A stretch of 63,641 nt of DNA, counting the filler, from Basidioascus undulatus (lineage: Eukaryota): assembly GCA_000826855.1 (NCBI GenBank). It is 7 parts of 7 records of this genome, joined end to end, with 100 filler letters (N's around TTAATTAATTAA, not from the genome) between each part and the next. Parts side by side here need not be neighbours in the genome. Positions count along the whole stretch, not along the records: positions 24,035 to 27,098 come from JTLS01002536.1; positions 27,199 to 30,262 come from JTLS01002537.1; positions 30,363 to 33,419 come from JTLS01002538.1; positions 33,520 to 36,568 come from JTLS01002539.1; 3 more parts are not named here. One strand, 5' to 3'. Within the stretch, counting starts at the first letter, position 1. Each line of letters opens with the position of its first letter. Of the stretch, positions 24,264 to 36,668 are shown in pieces. Position numbers and translations under genes: made by a program. The notes under the pieces are model-generated. The model saw nothing but the letters and a program-made list of their open reading frames with translations, was not told where the DNA came from and did no database searches.

Positions 24264-27098
24264 AAGGTGTAGAGGGTGAGCGTGGGACAGGGGAAGGGGG
24301 AGGGGTGCGTGCAGAGGTGTTGCGCTTGGGTGGAAGAGGGACGGATGGATCGTGATCTTCGACGCAGTAGCGTGATGGCTTTAACCTGTCGGACACAGCG
24401 CTCGAAGCGCCTGAAGTTGCACCTGGTCCGCGCCGACATCCGGTTTACGGATGACGCTCAGACATTTTTCTGGATTGCTCTCAGGGGTCCAAAAGACCCA
24501 CCAGTGGCGTTCACATCCAGACCCGCGAAATTGCGATGCCGGATGGCCGGGGCAGCCATGCTCGTAGCCGGTCACGGCTTGTTGGACTGCTCAGTTCAAC
24601 TCCTTCTTCTTCTCTGCCTTGTCGTATGATCCTGGTTGAGGGGACGGACACTGTTGTCTCGTGAGTAAAGCGACTCGCGAGCTCGCTCGCACTCACTTCT
24701 GTTCACGAACTGTTCGGAAGTGCAGCACAAAGAACCGGCCCACTGCTTAGGATTATAATTCGAACATAGACTTGAAAAATTTCAGCAGCACTGGTGCAAC
24801 GCGCGGGGGAAGTACAGAGCGCTCCCATCGACATCAGGCTTCCGCAGCGGCTACGGAAATTTGCTGTCTGGGGTCGGCTGGGGCACACACAGCGTTTGTC
24901 ACCTCACCTTTTTATGGGATTCTAACGTCCACTTTGTCTTCCAGTCTCATGGAGGAGTCGTTCTGGCCGCCTGTAAAGAGGGTGTCGCACAGGAGGTTGT
25001 ATATTAACCGTGGCGTGAAGAACCTACACGCATACACAAACAACCAAAAGGACGCCATGGCCGTTCTACCAGGGGGGGTTGGTTTATAGCTATGTCACTT
25101 GTAGAGTGAGTGAGTGTGCCCTAGACCATATCAGTTGCGGCGGGTCCAAAGGGCCGAGGAGGTAGGCTCACTCGGACTCAATGCGATGAGTATGCGCAAT
25201 CGGAACGTATCCCGTTGGTTGTATCGGTAAGCGAGCAGTACGAAAAAGCAGGAGAATAGCCTGCCGGCGCTTTGTCGCTGCACGAGGCTGCTAGCAGCAC
25301 GAGCGCCCCGTCATTTATCGGACATTGACAATGTGGGAGAAGACCTGATGTATTAGTGCAGATCAATCAGAAACAGAAGCGAGTGAGTCCGTCCTTCCAG
25401 CGTACGGCAGCGCTCACACAGCGGTGAAAGCCTGTCTGCCGAACATGCCTTAACTGCATGAGAGATAGAGGAACACGATGGACGGACTCGCTTCCACAAG
25501 AATCTAATTTGAATGAATGTGTGAGCTTACTTAGGATGACGGAAAGAACGTTAGACTGTAGCTCAAAGTATATGAGCAGCGTTTCCAGATTCAATTTACC
25601 TACATAGTTTCCAAAGATCCAAGTGTACCTATGCATTTCGGAGTGCCGAGGAAAAAGAAAGTAAGTGCGATTGCAAGGAGCAGCTTGGGCCAGTGTTTGT
25701 CATGCTGCGCAACTTATCGCTGAAAACTATACAATTGAGTATGATTCAAGAAGATCCGAGTTTTTTTGTCGTGGCGTGGCAGAGCCTCACACAGTAGTTG
25801 AGCACAGCGCGATCGACTGGGAGCGGTGCAGGTGGGGGGAGGGTTCAATCGACGCGAGGAAGGGGAGAGTTGGCGGAGAGCTGCCTGAGACCTTTTATAC
25901 AAATGTGGATATGGCATTTGAAGGAGAGTCTTGGATAATGGTTGAGAAGTGTGTGCGAAAGCAACAGGTGGAGTGCATCCGACGTGTGGTTGTGCACGAG
26001 CGGGTGACCGAGCTCGGTAAGAAGCGTGGTGCTGTAGCACGATCAAGGGTCCCTGGAAAAGCGGCAATGCAGGCAATTTGGGATTAACCAATCTACCAGG
26101 AAGAGGGAAATTTCGGACACTATAGAGCTCTGATGGGTCGCTGCGGAGTGGATGGGTCTAAAAGCATTGAGGGTGTCGGTACCTGCGCTTCGATGGGGAG
26201 GTATCCATTTGTACACCATCTGACTCTGCGTAGCATAGCAGTCAGAGCATCATTTACTATCAAGTCCGACGAAACCAACAGTTTCCAGCTGGAAGGTGCG
26301 TTGGGTGCTGCAGCACCGCGACATTAGCCGCTCAATGCTACAGCGTCGCTGATTGCCGCGATGTCGAGGTATCGAGAAATTATTTTGAGGTAGTATACTA
26401 TTGATCTCATACGTTTTACAATCTGGTCGCGTTTCTGTAAGACGTTCATGGCTGTGCCCACTGACCCCACGAAGCCCTGCAGCGCTGGTCGCAGCCTACG
26501 CCGAAGTATGGCCTTCCTCTTGACAAGGAGTTAGAATCACGCCTTCCCCCCCCTTTCCCTCGTCCCCCGGCCACAACACTTGATGTAAATATTGGGGTAG
26601 GATTGGAACGCCAAGGCCTGTGTTGTTATGCAGCGTGAGTTGTCGGTCACTAATGGGTGTCAACATGCAAGCTGCGAATCCTGCACATGCTCTTACAATG
26701 CGCTTGAAGTGCTAACAGCATGTTTGATTGAGATTTTAGAGTCTTCCGGTGTAGATCTGTTGAGACCTAAGATTGTACAGGCGCTTAAGAGGAAAAGAGA
26801 AGGTGTGAAAATTGAGTGACGTGACAGCAAAAACATGACTGACAGCTGACAGGCGCGCAGACTATATAGGGCTCGAGCTGGCGCGGTCTGATTCCCCTCT
26901 TTCATCCTGGCTGGTGCTCGCCTCAGCACCCACCTTGCTCGTCCTCCCCTTCGCCCTCCTCCCGCCCCATCGCACGGCCAGTCCGCGTAGAATCCACCGC
27001 AGTCCACCTCCCATATTCTGCATTTGCCGAGTTCCCTTCACTGGCCGACTCGACAAACCCCATACCCACCCGCCTTCGCCACCCGCCCCTCCGCCCAC

Positions 27099-27198
27099 NN
27101 NNNNNNNNNNNNNNNNNNNNNNNNNNNNNNNNNNNNNNNNNNTTAATTAATTAANNNNNNNNNNNNNNNNNNNNNNNNNNNNNNNNNNNNNNNNNNNN
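27099..27198. other. Artificial contig spacer
   Basis: N44-TTAATTAATTAA-N44. Confidence 0.97.
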
Positions 27199-28618
27199 CC
27201 CCTGCGGTGCGCCTCCCCACCCACCACCGCCCGGCGCCCCGTTCGGCCCGCCGTCAAACACCGGTTCTTGCAGGCCCTCGGGCGGCGCCGCTTCGCCCGA
27301 CTCCTCGTTGATCGCGAGCACCACAGACGCGAGCTTTGTTTGGAGCTCGGTCAACCCCTACGCGGACACATCATAGTCAGAGCCTGCGCGCGGGAGAAGT
27401 GGGGAGGGGGGAGGAGATGGAAGAACGCACCTGCATGACGACCTCCTGCGGCGCGAGGCTCCCCACCGTCTCGACCTCAAAGTAGAACTTGTCCGGCTTG
27501 GCATGGAAGTTGAACGGCGCGCCCTCCTCGGGCGGCGCCTCCTCCGCGGCGTTCGCAGACAGCGGCCACTCGTCCTTCTCGGACGTCTCGAACCAATACG
27601 ACGTGTGCCGCAGCTTGTTGTGCGGGTCGTACTCGAACGAGACTGCCGAGGTGGGCGCCCACTTGGCGTGCTCCTTGGACGTGCCCTGTGCGGCGGAGGG
27701 AGGACGAGTCAGTGAGCCGGTTGAGTGGCAGGTGTGAGGGAGGGAACAGGGAGACTTGGAACGGAGTTACCTTCTTCGCAATGCAGTTGACCTTGATCTC
27801 CTGGCCCTTGCGGAGCTTGCAGATGAGGATAGGCTCGGCTGCCGCGTCGTCTGAGCGCGAGGGAGGGTCAGCCAAGGTGCGACTGTGCGAGGAGCCACGC
27901 TACGAGGGCTTCAACACGCCATGCTCCACGCAGCCCTCCGCTCTCCGCCCATTTCCTGAGACACCGAGCAACCCCGCGACTCCCACTCTCCACCTTTGTC
28001 CACCGCCAGCTGAGAACGGGCAACTCACCACTGCCAACGGGCCACCCGAAGCGCTCTGGTAAGCCGGCCGGAGGCTGCACGGGCAAGTTGTTGATGTCGC
28101 GCGCATCCTGCGCCTTGACGGTCAGGTGCCGGCTCGTGACGTGCAGCGTGCGGTCGTCGGTGCACTTCATGTCGAGCTCGAGCTCGACCGAGCATTTGGG
28201 GCAGTTGGTGAGGCATGTACATTCCTGGATCCCACCCCAGGCTCGTCAGTCGCTGTGGTGAATTCTTCGGAGTTCTGTGGGGTAGATGAAAGGGCCGCGT
28301 ACCCGGTTATACGCGATCAGCTGGTCGCACTTGGAGCTGATGAGCGGAATCATGCCGAGACGGTGTGCAAGGAACTCGTCGACGAGGACACTGCTGTTGG
28401 TGTCGACGCGGACGATGTCGATCGCCATCGTCGGCAAGTCCGCGATGAGCGTTCGTCGGAGGGCGTTGGCGGTGCTGGCGAGGAAAGCGGATGAGCGCAA
28501 GGCATCGCGAGAGGAGCGTGGGACGGTTCGAGAGCAGGAGGACCCACGCCAGATCGACGCCCTCCAGGACAAAGTTGACCCTGTCGGGCTTGAGACCGCG
28601 GATTCGGACGCCGACCAT
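27199..28618 (-). CDS. RPB3: RNA polymerase II subunit 3, 3' end cut by the gap
   Basis: [86 protein letters not shown] and [11 protein letters not shown]. Confidence 0.95.
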
Positions 28619-29077
28619 GGTGAGAAAAGGCGAGCGGGAGGAAGGAAGACGCGAGGACGGCGGGACGAAGGGAGGCGAGGCAAGGCAGAGAGCGATGAGG
28701 GAGTCTCGCGAGAAGGCAGCGGCTACGCGGTCGGTATGCGCGCTGGACCGATATTGAGCGTGGCGTGGAGATTAGAGTGCGGAGGAATAAAGATACGGTA
28801 TGCAGCGGCGCGGAGAGAGCGAAGGCGGCAAGTGCAGTGACCGTTGGAAGGCAAGCTCACACTCTGTTCGAGTCTTCGACGCGATCCTCGGATGACTAAG
28901 CGAAGGCACTTGTGGCTCCCTGGGCGCTCGCCAGACGGAGTCTTCGACTCAATATGGACCAGTGATGTGTTCGCTATTAATTTATGGGAAAACAAACGGC
29001 AAACCTAGGATCTCTGTCATTAAGCTGTAGTGCAAGATTGTCTTAGCAAGTTTATTTCACAGGGAAACCTCAGTATC

Positions 29078-29149
29078 TCCTCGTTGGTGTAGTGGCTAAC
29101 ATCGGGTGTTCTCACCGCCCAGCCCCGGGTTCGATTCCCGGACGGGGAA
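29078..29149 (+). tRNA. tRNA-Glu(CTC), identical to the copy at 6820-6891
   Basis: Same 72-nt sequence with different flanks. T6 run downstream. Confidence 0.96.
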
Positions 29150-29925
29150 AACAACTTGTACTTGAAGTGGTCAATTTTTTGCACTGGGCCGACTACACTC
29201 CAATTCCATCGATTGCGCCTGTAGAGCCAGCTGGTGTTGTGTTCAAGCTTGTCAGTGGCAGGTGACCCTTTCAGCAGCGGTTGTCATCAAATGTGAGTGC
29301 AAAATGTTGTTTTGTCAATTTTGTACAAAGGGTAACTCAGTAAAGCTAGCGACCACTACTGGTGTACTTCTAGACGAGGCGGTTGGTGAATGGCACGCAG
29401 TGTGCTCCCAAGGAATTTGTCCAGCGCCTAGCCTAGGCCAGTTCCTATGGCTCTTTCGAATAACCAATTTTGTGATGGCTTTATGCAGTCAGCGTGAATG
29501 GCGCGGACTACGAAAGTACAATGCACTCGCTTGGAGGTACAACGAACTGCAGTTGCCCATGCTCCGCCGGCTTCTCGACCCCACCTTCCATGCCAACTTA
29601 TGCTGTCGAACGAGCCTAAAAAAACTGCAAGCATTGATCCCAAATAAAGTCATATGGACAATCATTTCCCTACTGGTGCGTTGGGCTGCGACCATACTTC
29701 TCTCTGGACCATTGCGCTTCAGACTGGCTGCCTCTACTTCCGCCTCGCTTCCGCCCACAGACGTTCTCGCTTCTGTCCCTCGACTACGCTCAGTGTGACA
29801 TATCCTCCATCTATGTACCTCTATTCCATTCAGTCCTCGGCGTCGAAGAGCGAGCCTACCCTGAACAACTCTCGCTCACTCACTCCCGTTCTCCCTTCCT
29901 AACTCACTTCACCACTACACCAACC

Positions 29926-30255
29926 AGCTCTATCAAGAGTTCCCCATCACCATCCTCCGCTACTTCATTCCCCGCCCCATACGCACCGAGCTCCACGCTA
30001 TCGTGGCACTCGTGAGCGAGTTCCTCCCCCTCCGCTATCTTTCGTCGTTCGCCGCGCAGATCGACTCCAGGATCGTCGAGCCCTCGGGGAGAATTAGGGT
30101 GAGTTGAACCGCGCTCTCCTGATTTCTTTCCCTCTCCGACGGTTCTCTGACTAGCTTGTTCTTTCACACAGCGGCCCGCGATGGACTGGGACGAGGTCGT
30201 CCGCATCCTGGAGCCTCAGGTCAACGACCCGGCATTCCAGGCCGAGTGGGCTTGG
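29926..30255 (+). CDS. Hypothetical protein exons, cut by the gap
   Basis: Exon-like LYQEFPITILRYFIPRPIRTELHAIVALVSEFLPLRYLSS... and RPAMDWDEVVRILEPQVNDPAFQAEWAW, bounded by GTGAGT donors and a CAG acceptor. No family recognised. Confidence 0.4.
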
Positions 30256-30262
30256 GTGAGTC

Positions 30263-30362
30263 NNNNNNNNNNNNNNNNNNNNNNNNNNNNNNNNNNNNNN
30301 NNNNNNTTAATTAATTAANNNNNNNNNNNNNNNNNNNNNNNNNNNNNNNNNNNNNNNNNNNN
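30263..30362. other. Artificial contig spacer
   Basis: N44-TTAATTAATTAA-N44. Confidence 0.97.
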
Positions 30363-31014
30363 GGAGAGGAGGAGGGAGAGTGGGAACTGGAGGGAAAAGA
30401 AAAGCGGAAGGAGGGAGGGGAGGGGAGAGGAGGGCAGAAGGGGAAGACGGACGGCGGTGTCGATGGGCGGGAGGGGCCCGGTCCCCGCGGGGATGGGCTG
30501 CACGCGGCGGAGGGCGCGGAAGGAGGGGTGCCTGCCATTCCTCTCCAGTCAGTATTCCGGTGTGTGGGGAGTTGGTGAGGGAGGGAGGGAAGGTGTACAT
30601 TGTGATGGATAGCGAGAGCGAGGAGGAGGAGGAAGACGCGGGATGAGGGCAAGCGACCAGGCGAGACGAGCCGCGCGCCGGGAAGAGAAGGCTGCACGGC
30701 GATTCGCGGACCTGAATCTGGCTGCAGCGTTTCCGCTTGCGGTCGGTCTGTGTTGGAATAAAGTAACTTGGTGTTCAGAGGTTGGGAAAATACAGTCTGG
30801 CCATTATTTTGCGGAAGAGACCGAAGGGCAAATGGGCTTTGATATTGTTTGGCGATACGCACATGAGAATTCGACTCAGGCTTACCCTGTGAGCTCACCT
30901 GCACCTGCATGCTGCACCCTCCATATATCCTTCCAACCAGCACTAGTTAGAACACCTTTCACTCCTGCATCACCCACGCCCAACATTCGCCCCACCACCA
31001 CCTTCCTCTCCCTC

Positions 31015-31419
31015 ATGGCCCGCTTCAAGCTAATCTACTACGTCCCGCGGACGCACACGTCCCTCACGAAAGCCGCCGTCTTCCGCACCGGTGCCGGGTC
31101 GATCGGGGCGTACGCCAACTGCGCCTTCACGGTGCCAGGGACTGGCGAGTTCGTACCCTTAGCGAACGCCAATCCCGCGATTGGGAAGGCGGGCGGGGAG
31201 CGGGAGGAGGTGCTGGAGGACCGCGTGGAGGTGCTTTGCGAGGGGGCGGAACAGACGAGGGAGGCGGTAAAGGCCTTGAGGGAGGCACATCCGTATGAGG
31301 AGGTACGTGGTTGCTTGAAATTTCTTGGGTAAGGAGACGGTGGGGATGCTTAGGATCGCTGCGGTTGGCGGGCGATGTAGGTCGCGTATGAGGTATACAG
31401 GCTTGAAGACGGATTCTGA
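31015..31419 (+). CDS. Stand-alone NIF3/YqfO PII-like domain protein (~108 aa)
   Basis: MARFKLIYYVP...GAGSIGAYANCAFTVPGTGEFVPLANANPAIG...EDRVEV...ALREAHPYEE|VAYEVYRLEDGF*, the HPYEExAYEV signature. Confidence 0.88.
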
Positions 31420-32081
31420 GCGGGGCGGCCCTGGAGCGCACGAGTCGGGGAGGGACGATGATTTGGGCACGGTCCATCCTAGAGCAGTCAGGGCAACGTA
31501 TCTGCGAGTTTCCTTATGGATCCGAAGGTGCTGGAGCACGACGACACTGGGGAAAAGACACTGTACAGGCGGTGCTGAAATGGACATTTTCTCCTTGTGA
31601 GTCGGGATGAGCAATCAGAGGTCTTCATACATTATTGTCCCAAGTCTGCATACAACCTCTTATATGACAGATAATGTCACGAAGGCCAAGATCTTCCCAG
31701 GAAGACGTGCTGGGCAGCGAGCTATGCCAACCGTCAACCTCGTCAACCCAACCCAAGTCAACCTACGCCTTCCGTCCTCGTTGCATCCGCCTCGTTCTTT
31801 TTCTTTCTTCCCGATTCCCGTCATTTCTCTATCCACGTTTTACTGGAAGATAGAACCAGATCGAAAGAACACCCAGCACAGTACATCCGTCTCCCCAGAA
31901 TCTTGTTTGCCGCTCCGAAGCACAGGATTGTTCACCCCAAACAACTTGCGTCATAAACGGCCGGGCCGTCTCTTGTTCGCACAGCATTCCGCAGATCCCA
32001 GCATTGCTCAGCACTGTATCCCACCACCATCCCTTCCGTCTCTCTCCCCCTCTTTCCCTCCCACCACCATCATCCACCAAC

Positions 32082-33419
32082 ATGTCCAACCCCGCCACGA
32101 CGACCGCCTCCGCCTCCGAAGCACAGAACCCGCAGGCGACGGCGCCCAAGCTCGCCGGCGGGTTCTTCTCGAGCCTCACGGCGCGCGTACAGAGTGCGTT
32201 GCCCGCGAGCTTGAATGAGAGTCTGAGCGGGTTCAAGGACTCGAGTATTCATAACCAGATCCGCGGGGTGCGTCCACTGTCATGCCTGGGATAAGGAGGC
32301 GAATGTGAAGCTGACTTCGGACGGGGGAAACGGAAAGGCTGTGAACACGTTTACGGGGCCCGCGCCGATCCGGCCTATCCAGGGGCTGATCACTGCGCTC
32401 AAGGTGTGTTCATTGTGGATTTGAGAAGCTGTGGATCTGGGGACTGAGAGGAGGGAGATGGGAATAGGGCGTCGGTATCTCCTCCGAGTCTGCTGGAGCA
32501 CAGCACAAGCTCGTCTCCAAGCGACTCGTCGACTGGGGGCAGCACGAACATGCCGACCTGGACGATAGTATGCCCTCCCTTCCCCATCCCCTTTCCCACA
32601 TCCTCTTCTTCTCACCCCCTTCCCCCACACAGTAACCGACCGCCTGGCCCAAATCCACTACCTAATCGCGGAGGTTTACTCCGCGCACGCGTCGAAACTC
32701 ATCGCCGCCCGAGCGCACGTCAAAGAGCTGCGCGACCTCGAGGCGTCGCTCCTCCCGCGGCGGCGCGCGCGCGACAACCTGCACGAGCAGATTGCGCGGG
32801 AGAAGAACGAGGGGGTCAAGGCGAAGCTGAGGGAGGACTTGGAGCGCCTGACGAGGCAGGATGAGAAGGACGAGAGGGAGATCGAGGTCCTTAAGCGCCG
32901 CGCGGTGAGGGCCACTTGGGAGGCGGAGTTTGCGGCGGTTAAGGAGGTGCGTTGGTTGTTCTTTCTGATTCCTCTGACCCTCTTCCTGGCGCTGACGCAA
33001 GTTGGTGCAATCACACGCAGTTCGGCCAGAAGCTCGTCCTCGCCGCCGACCACGGGACCTCGCTCGTCTCGCTCCTCTCTGCGGACCCGCCGACGTCCGC
33101 GAACCCGTACGCATCAAAGGACCGCGCCGCCTCGCTCGTCACCTCCCTCGAAACGTCCCTGCACGTATGGCGCCCCTCCCTGTCCGTCGACATCCCGCAC
33201 AGCGAGTCCACCTCCGCCGCCGCGCCGGAGCGCAAGCTCTCCTTCAAAGACTCGCACGCCGCGCAGCTTAACGACCTCAGCTCGGTTCACCCGGCCGGGA
33301 CAGCGTCCAACCCCCCTCCCCCGGCGCACGCCACCTCCTCGTTCGCCCTCCCCACGTCCTCCCAGCCTCCCGGGGCGTACCAGCAAGCCCCGCCCGTCGG
33401 ACCGTCCGCGGCGGCCGCC
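32082..33419 (+). CDS. Eisosome Pil1/Lsp1-like BAR-domain protein, 3' end cut by the gap
   Basis: IQGLITALK, SKRLVDWGQHEHADLDD..DRLAQI, ARAHVKELRDLEASLLPRRRARDNL and LKRRAVRATWEAEFAAVKEFGQKLVL follow the Pil1-family pattern. Confidence 0.65.
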
Positions 33420-33519
33420 NNNNNNNNNNNNNNNNNNNNNNNNNNNNNNNNNNNNNNNNNNNNTTAATTAATTAANNNNNNNNNNNNNNNNNNNNNNNNN
33501 NNNNNNNNNNNNNNNNNNN
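33420..33519. other. Artificial contig spacer
   Basis: N44-TTAATTAATTAA-N44. Confidence 0.97.
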
Positions 33520-34502
33520 GGCGTGGCTGGGGGGTGGGGGAGGCAATAGAAGGCGGGAGAGAAGGCGCACCTCCGCCGACCAGTCGCGCACGAACTGCTT
33601 GAGCGTGGAGAGGAGCTTGTCCATTTGCGAGGCGGGGGGGAGGGCGTTGGAGGATGGGCTAGGGCTAGAGGTGTGGGGGTGGGAGGAGTGGGAGTGTCTG
33701 TGGACCGATTGTCAGTGCCAGTGCCCGTCGGCGAAAGCGTGCAGCGAAAGGAAGAAGACGCACGAGTGGGAGGGGTCGGAGTGGTCATGCCCGTGGTCGT
33801 CTCCATGTCTTTCCAGCCCCTCCGTCAGCCCACGCTATCGATGGAAGAAGGTGTGAAACGCACTGCGCCTGCGCCTGCTGCTGCTGCATCCGCTCGAGCG
33901 CAGCGGCGATCCCCGCCTCGGAGCGGTCGGAGGTGAACATCCCTTCTGGGAGAGAGAGTGCGTCGTCTGTTCCCAGAAGAGGAGAAGGAACAAAGGAGGA
34001 GTGTAAGTGAGTGAGGACGGGGGCGGGGGAGGGTCACTGACGCGAATTCGAGTGGTTGTGCGAGTGGTCATGCGAATGCGAGTGCGAGTGTCCGCCGTCG
34101 GAATGATCATGTCCGCACCCAAGCCTGGCAAACTTCTCGAGCTCTGCACCCTCCGAGCAGGTTAACATACATGCGTACCCCCGCGGCAAAAGAAACACAA
34201 AAGAGCGACGCACCCCTCTCCTCCTCCTCCTCCTCCTCCATGCCCTGCAAGAACCCCGTTCCCTCCTCCCTAATGCCCCTCACGACCTTCTCATTCGCCC
34301 TCACAGCGTCCTCCATCGTCCGCAGGCGATCCTTGTACCCGACGGCCTCCAGCAGGCGGCGCTGCTCGGCGGGTAGGGCGTGGAACGCGCCCAGGCACGC
34401 GCGGAGGTGGCCGAGCGCGTACTGCGCGTACAGGTCGAAGGAGCGCAGGATCGACGCAAAGTGCTCGCGCTCTTTTTGGGCGTCTTCCGGGGTGGACGGC
34501 AT
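33520..34502 (-). CDS. Carnosine N-methyltransferase (N2227/CARNMT1 family), 5' part
   Basis: EREHFASILRSFDLYAQYA...GYKDRLRTMEDAVRANEKVV and MDKLLSTLKQFVRDWSAE, the N2227 hallmark. Confidence 0.85.
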
Positions 34503-34665
34503 TGTGACGGTGGGGAAGCAAGCAGCTGGCTCCTGGGCTGTTGGAACGAAAGGTAGCGTTCGGAGTGAGCGTCGAAATCTCTTAGGTAAGCTAAATTGTA
34601 GGATGTGCGAATTCCAGAGTGCCTTCTTGCCTTGCGCGCTCACCATCACCATCTCAAGTACGCTC

Positions 34666-36568
34666 ATGATGACGCTGAGCATCGCCGAGCTATTCGAGAA
34701 CGGGACTCTCTCCCGCCCCGGGCTGCTCCCGCGCGCCGGCGACGCACCGATCAAGCAAGAGTGCGTCCCTGGCTCCCACCGACACACCCAGTCTTCTCTC
34801 TTCCCACACCCGCTCACCCTCCGCCAACAGATACCTCGTCCCCGCTCCCGTGCGGCTCCACTCGCACGCCGTCGAGTCCCGCTCTAGGAAGGAGCAAGAC
34901 GCTGTGGCCGCCGCAGTGTCCACCTCCACGCCCACCGCCGACGACCGCGCCGAGACCCTCCTGAACCCTTCCGACCCGCGCCCCTCAACCTCGCTCACCA
35001 TCGACTCCCCCACCGCCGCTACGGATCCGTCCCCGACCCCCGCGCTCGAGGACCAGCGGGACGGAGGGGATGGCGAGCCGCCCGCGAAGAAGGTCAAGCT
35101 TTCTGGCGCGCAGCGCAAGAAGCTCGCGAAGGCAGAGCGCGCGGCGCGCGAGAAGGAGCGGAAAGCCCAGGGAGGCGGGAGTCAGAATAAGGGGAGAAAG
35201 TTTGATAAGGTCCGGGATGAGGTGCGGATTTGTGGGGGGCTCGCGCAGAAGGGGGTGTGCGACTTTGGGGAGGGGTCAGTCCGGTTCTCTTCCATCTTCC
35301 CATCTACGTCTTATCATCCCGAGAGTGCTCTTGCTGATGTTGAACTGACATGATCCGCTCCGGACAGCTGCAAATACTCGCACGACCTCCCCGCCTACCT
35401 GTCCACCAAGCCGCCCTCCATCCACTTCCCCACCAAACCCGCCTCTTCCTCCCCCCCGTTCTTCCCCTCCCTCACCTCCACCGATCCCACCACCACCTCC
35501 GACTCCTCTGCCCCTTCTACCGACTCCACCTCCTCCGCACCCGCATACTGCCCCGTCTTCGCCCTCCGCGGCTTCTGCCCCCAAGGCCTGAAGTGCCGCT
35601 TCCTCGACGCGCACGTCGTGCGCCTCGCCTCCGAATCCGGGGAGGGCGAGAGCGGGATCGGCGGGAGTGGGCTTGAGCTGGTGCGGGACGAGGGGAAGGC
35701 TGCGGCGTGGGTCCCTGAGCGTGGGGGGGTCGGCGTGGAGGGAGGGATGAAGTTGCTTAGGACTCGGAAGGTGCGTTGGCGCGGCGATGGGGGAAAGGGG
35801 AAGAGGAAGGGAGAGAGGCTGATGGGGGAGGAGAGGACAGTACCGCTTCCCGCTTTCGGACGCGTACCTTAAGGAACTGGAAGAGAAGGAGAAGGCTGAG
35901 CAGGAGGCGATCAAGGCGCGCAAGGCTGCGCAGGCCGCCGCGCAAGCTGCCGCGCTGGAGGCTGCTGCTGCTCCGCCTGCCGACACTTCTGCTCCCACTC
36001 ACCTCCAATCCACCACCGAACCCACCGAATCCGCTGCGCCTGCCCCCGCCGAAGCAGTCGCAGAGAAGACGGAGACGGACGTCAGCGTGGAGGCAGAGAA
36101 GGACACGCCGGACGTCCCCCTCCGCGCGCAGGAGAAGCGCCGCCTCGACTGGCGCGGGCAGGTGTACCTCGCGCCGCTCACTACTGTTGGTGCGTCCTTC
36201 TTCTTCCTCTCCACACCCACTTCTTTTCTCCACCTCTCTTCCCTTCCGATCCCTTCCATTCTTGCTCGTTCCTGACACTGCTGCTGGGTTACAGGCAACC
36301 TCGTGCGTCTTACGTCCTCGTAGCCAAGAAGTCCAGCGTGCAGGGCCCAGGAAGCTGACTATTAAAACAGCCCTTCCGCCGCCTCTGCGTCGACCTCGGC
36401 GCGGACATCACCTGCTCCGAGATGGGCCTCGCCGCATCCTTCCTGCAAGGTCCGTCCTCCCTCTCCTCCTCCTCCCTCTTCCCTTTCCCCCCTCCTCCTA
36501 TCCTCCACCATCCTCCCTTCCCCCACATCCCTCTGATCCCCCCCCACCCCCCCACAGGTTCGCAAGAA
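34666..36568 (+). CDS. DUS3: tRNA-dihydrouridine(47) synthase, 5' part
   Basis: GDAPIKQEYL, two CCCH-type fingers (ICGGLAQKGVCDFGEG..CKYSHD; YCPVFALRGFCPQGLKCRFLDAH), and [41 protein letters not shown]. Confidence 0.93.
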
Positions 36569-36668
36569 NNNNNNNNNNNNNNNNNNNNNNNNNNNNNNNN
36601 NNNNNNNNNNNNTTAATTAATTAANNNNNNNNNNNNNNNNNNNNNNNNNNNNNNNNNNNNNNNNNNNN
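36569..36668. other. Artificial contig spacer
   Basis: N44-TTAATTAATTAA-N44. Confidence 0.97.

Noticed and set aside
24264..27098. Lower-GC gene-poor stretch as a transposon (ORFs at 25665-26091)
   Set aside because: No transposase, RT or integrase motifs, LTRs or TIRs were recognised.
23458..28618. RPB12 and RPB3 close together as an RNA polymerase cluster
   Set aside because: They are separated by two artificial spacers and lie on different contigs.
6820..29149. Two identical tRNA-Glu copies as att sites or direct repeats bounding an island
   Set aside because: They are on different contigs, both copies are full length, no integrase is present, and multicopy tRNAs are normal in fungi.
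29262..29798. 178-aa ORF downstream of the tRNA as a tRNA-targeting retroelement remnant
   Set aside because: It has a GTG start and no gag/pol motifs.
23935..36668. Regular ~3.16-kb periodicity of TTAATTAATTAA as a repeat array or piggyBac-like sites
   Set aside because: These are N-flanked synthetic linkers, and the periodicity reflects size-sorted contigs.
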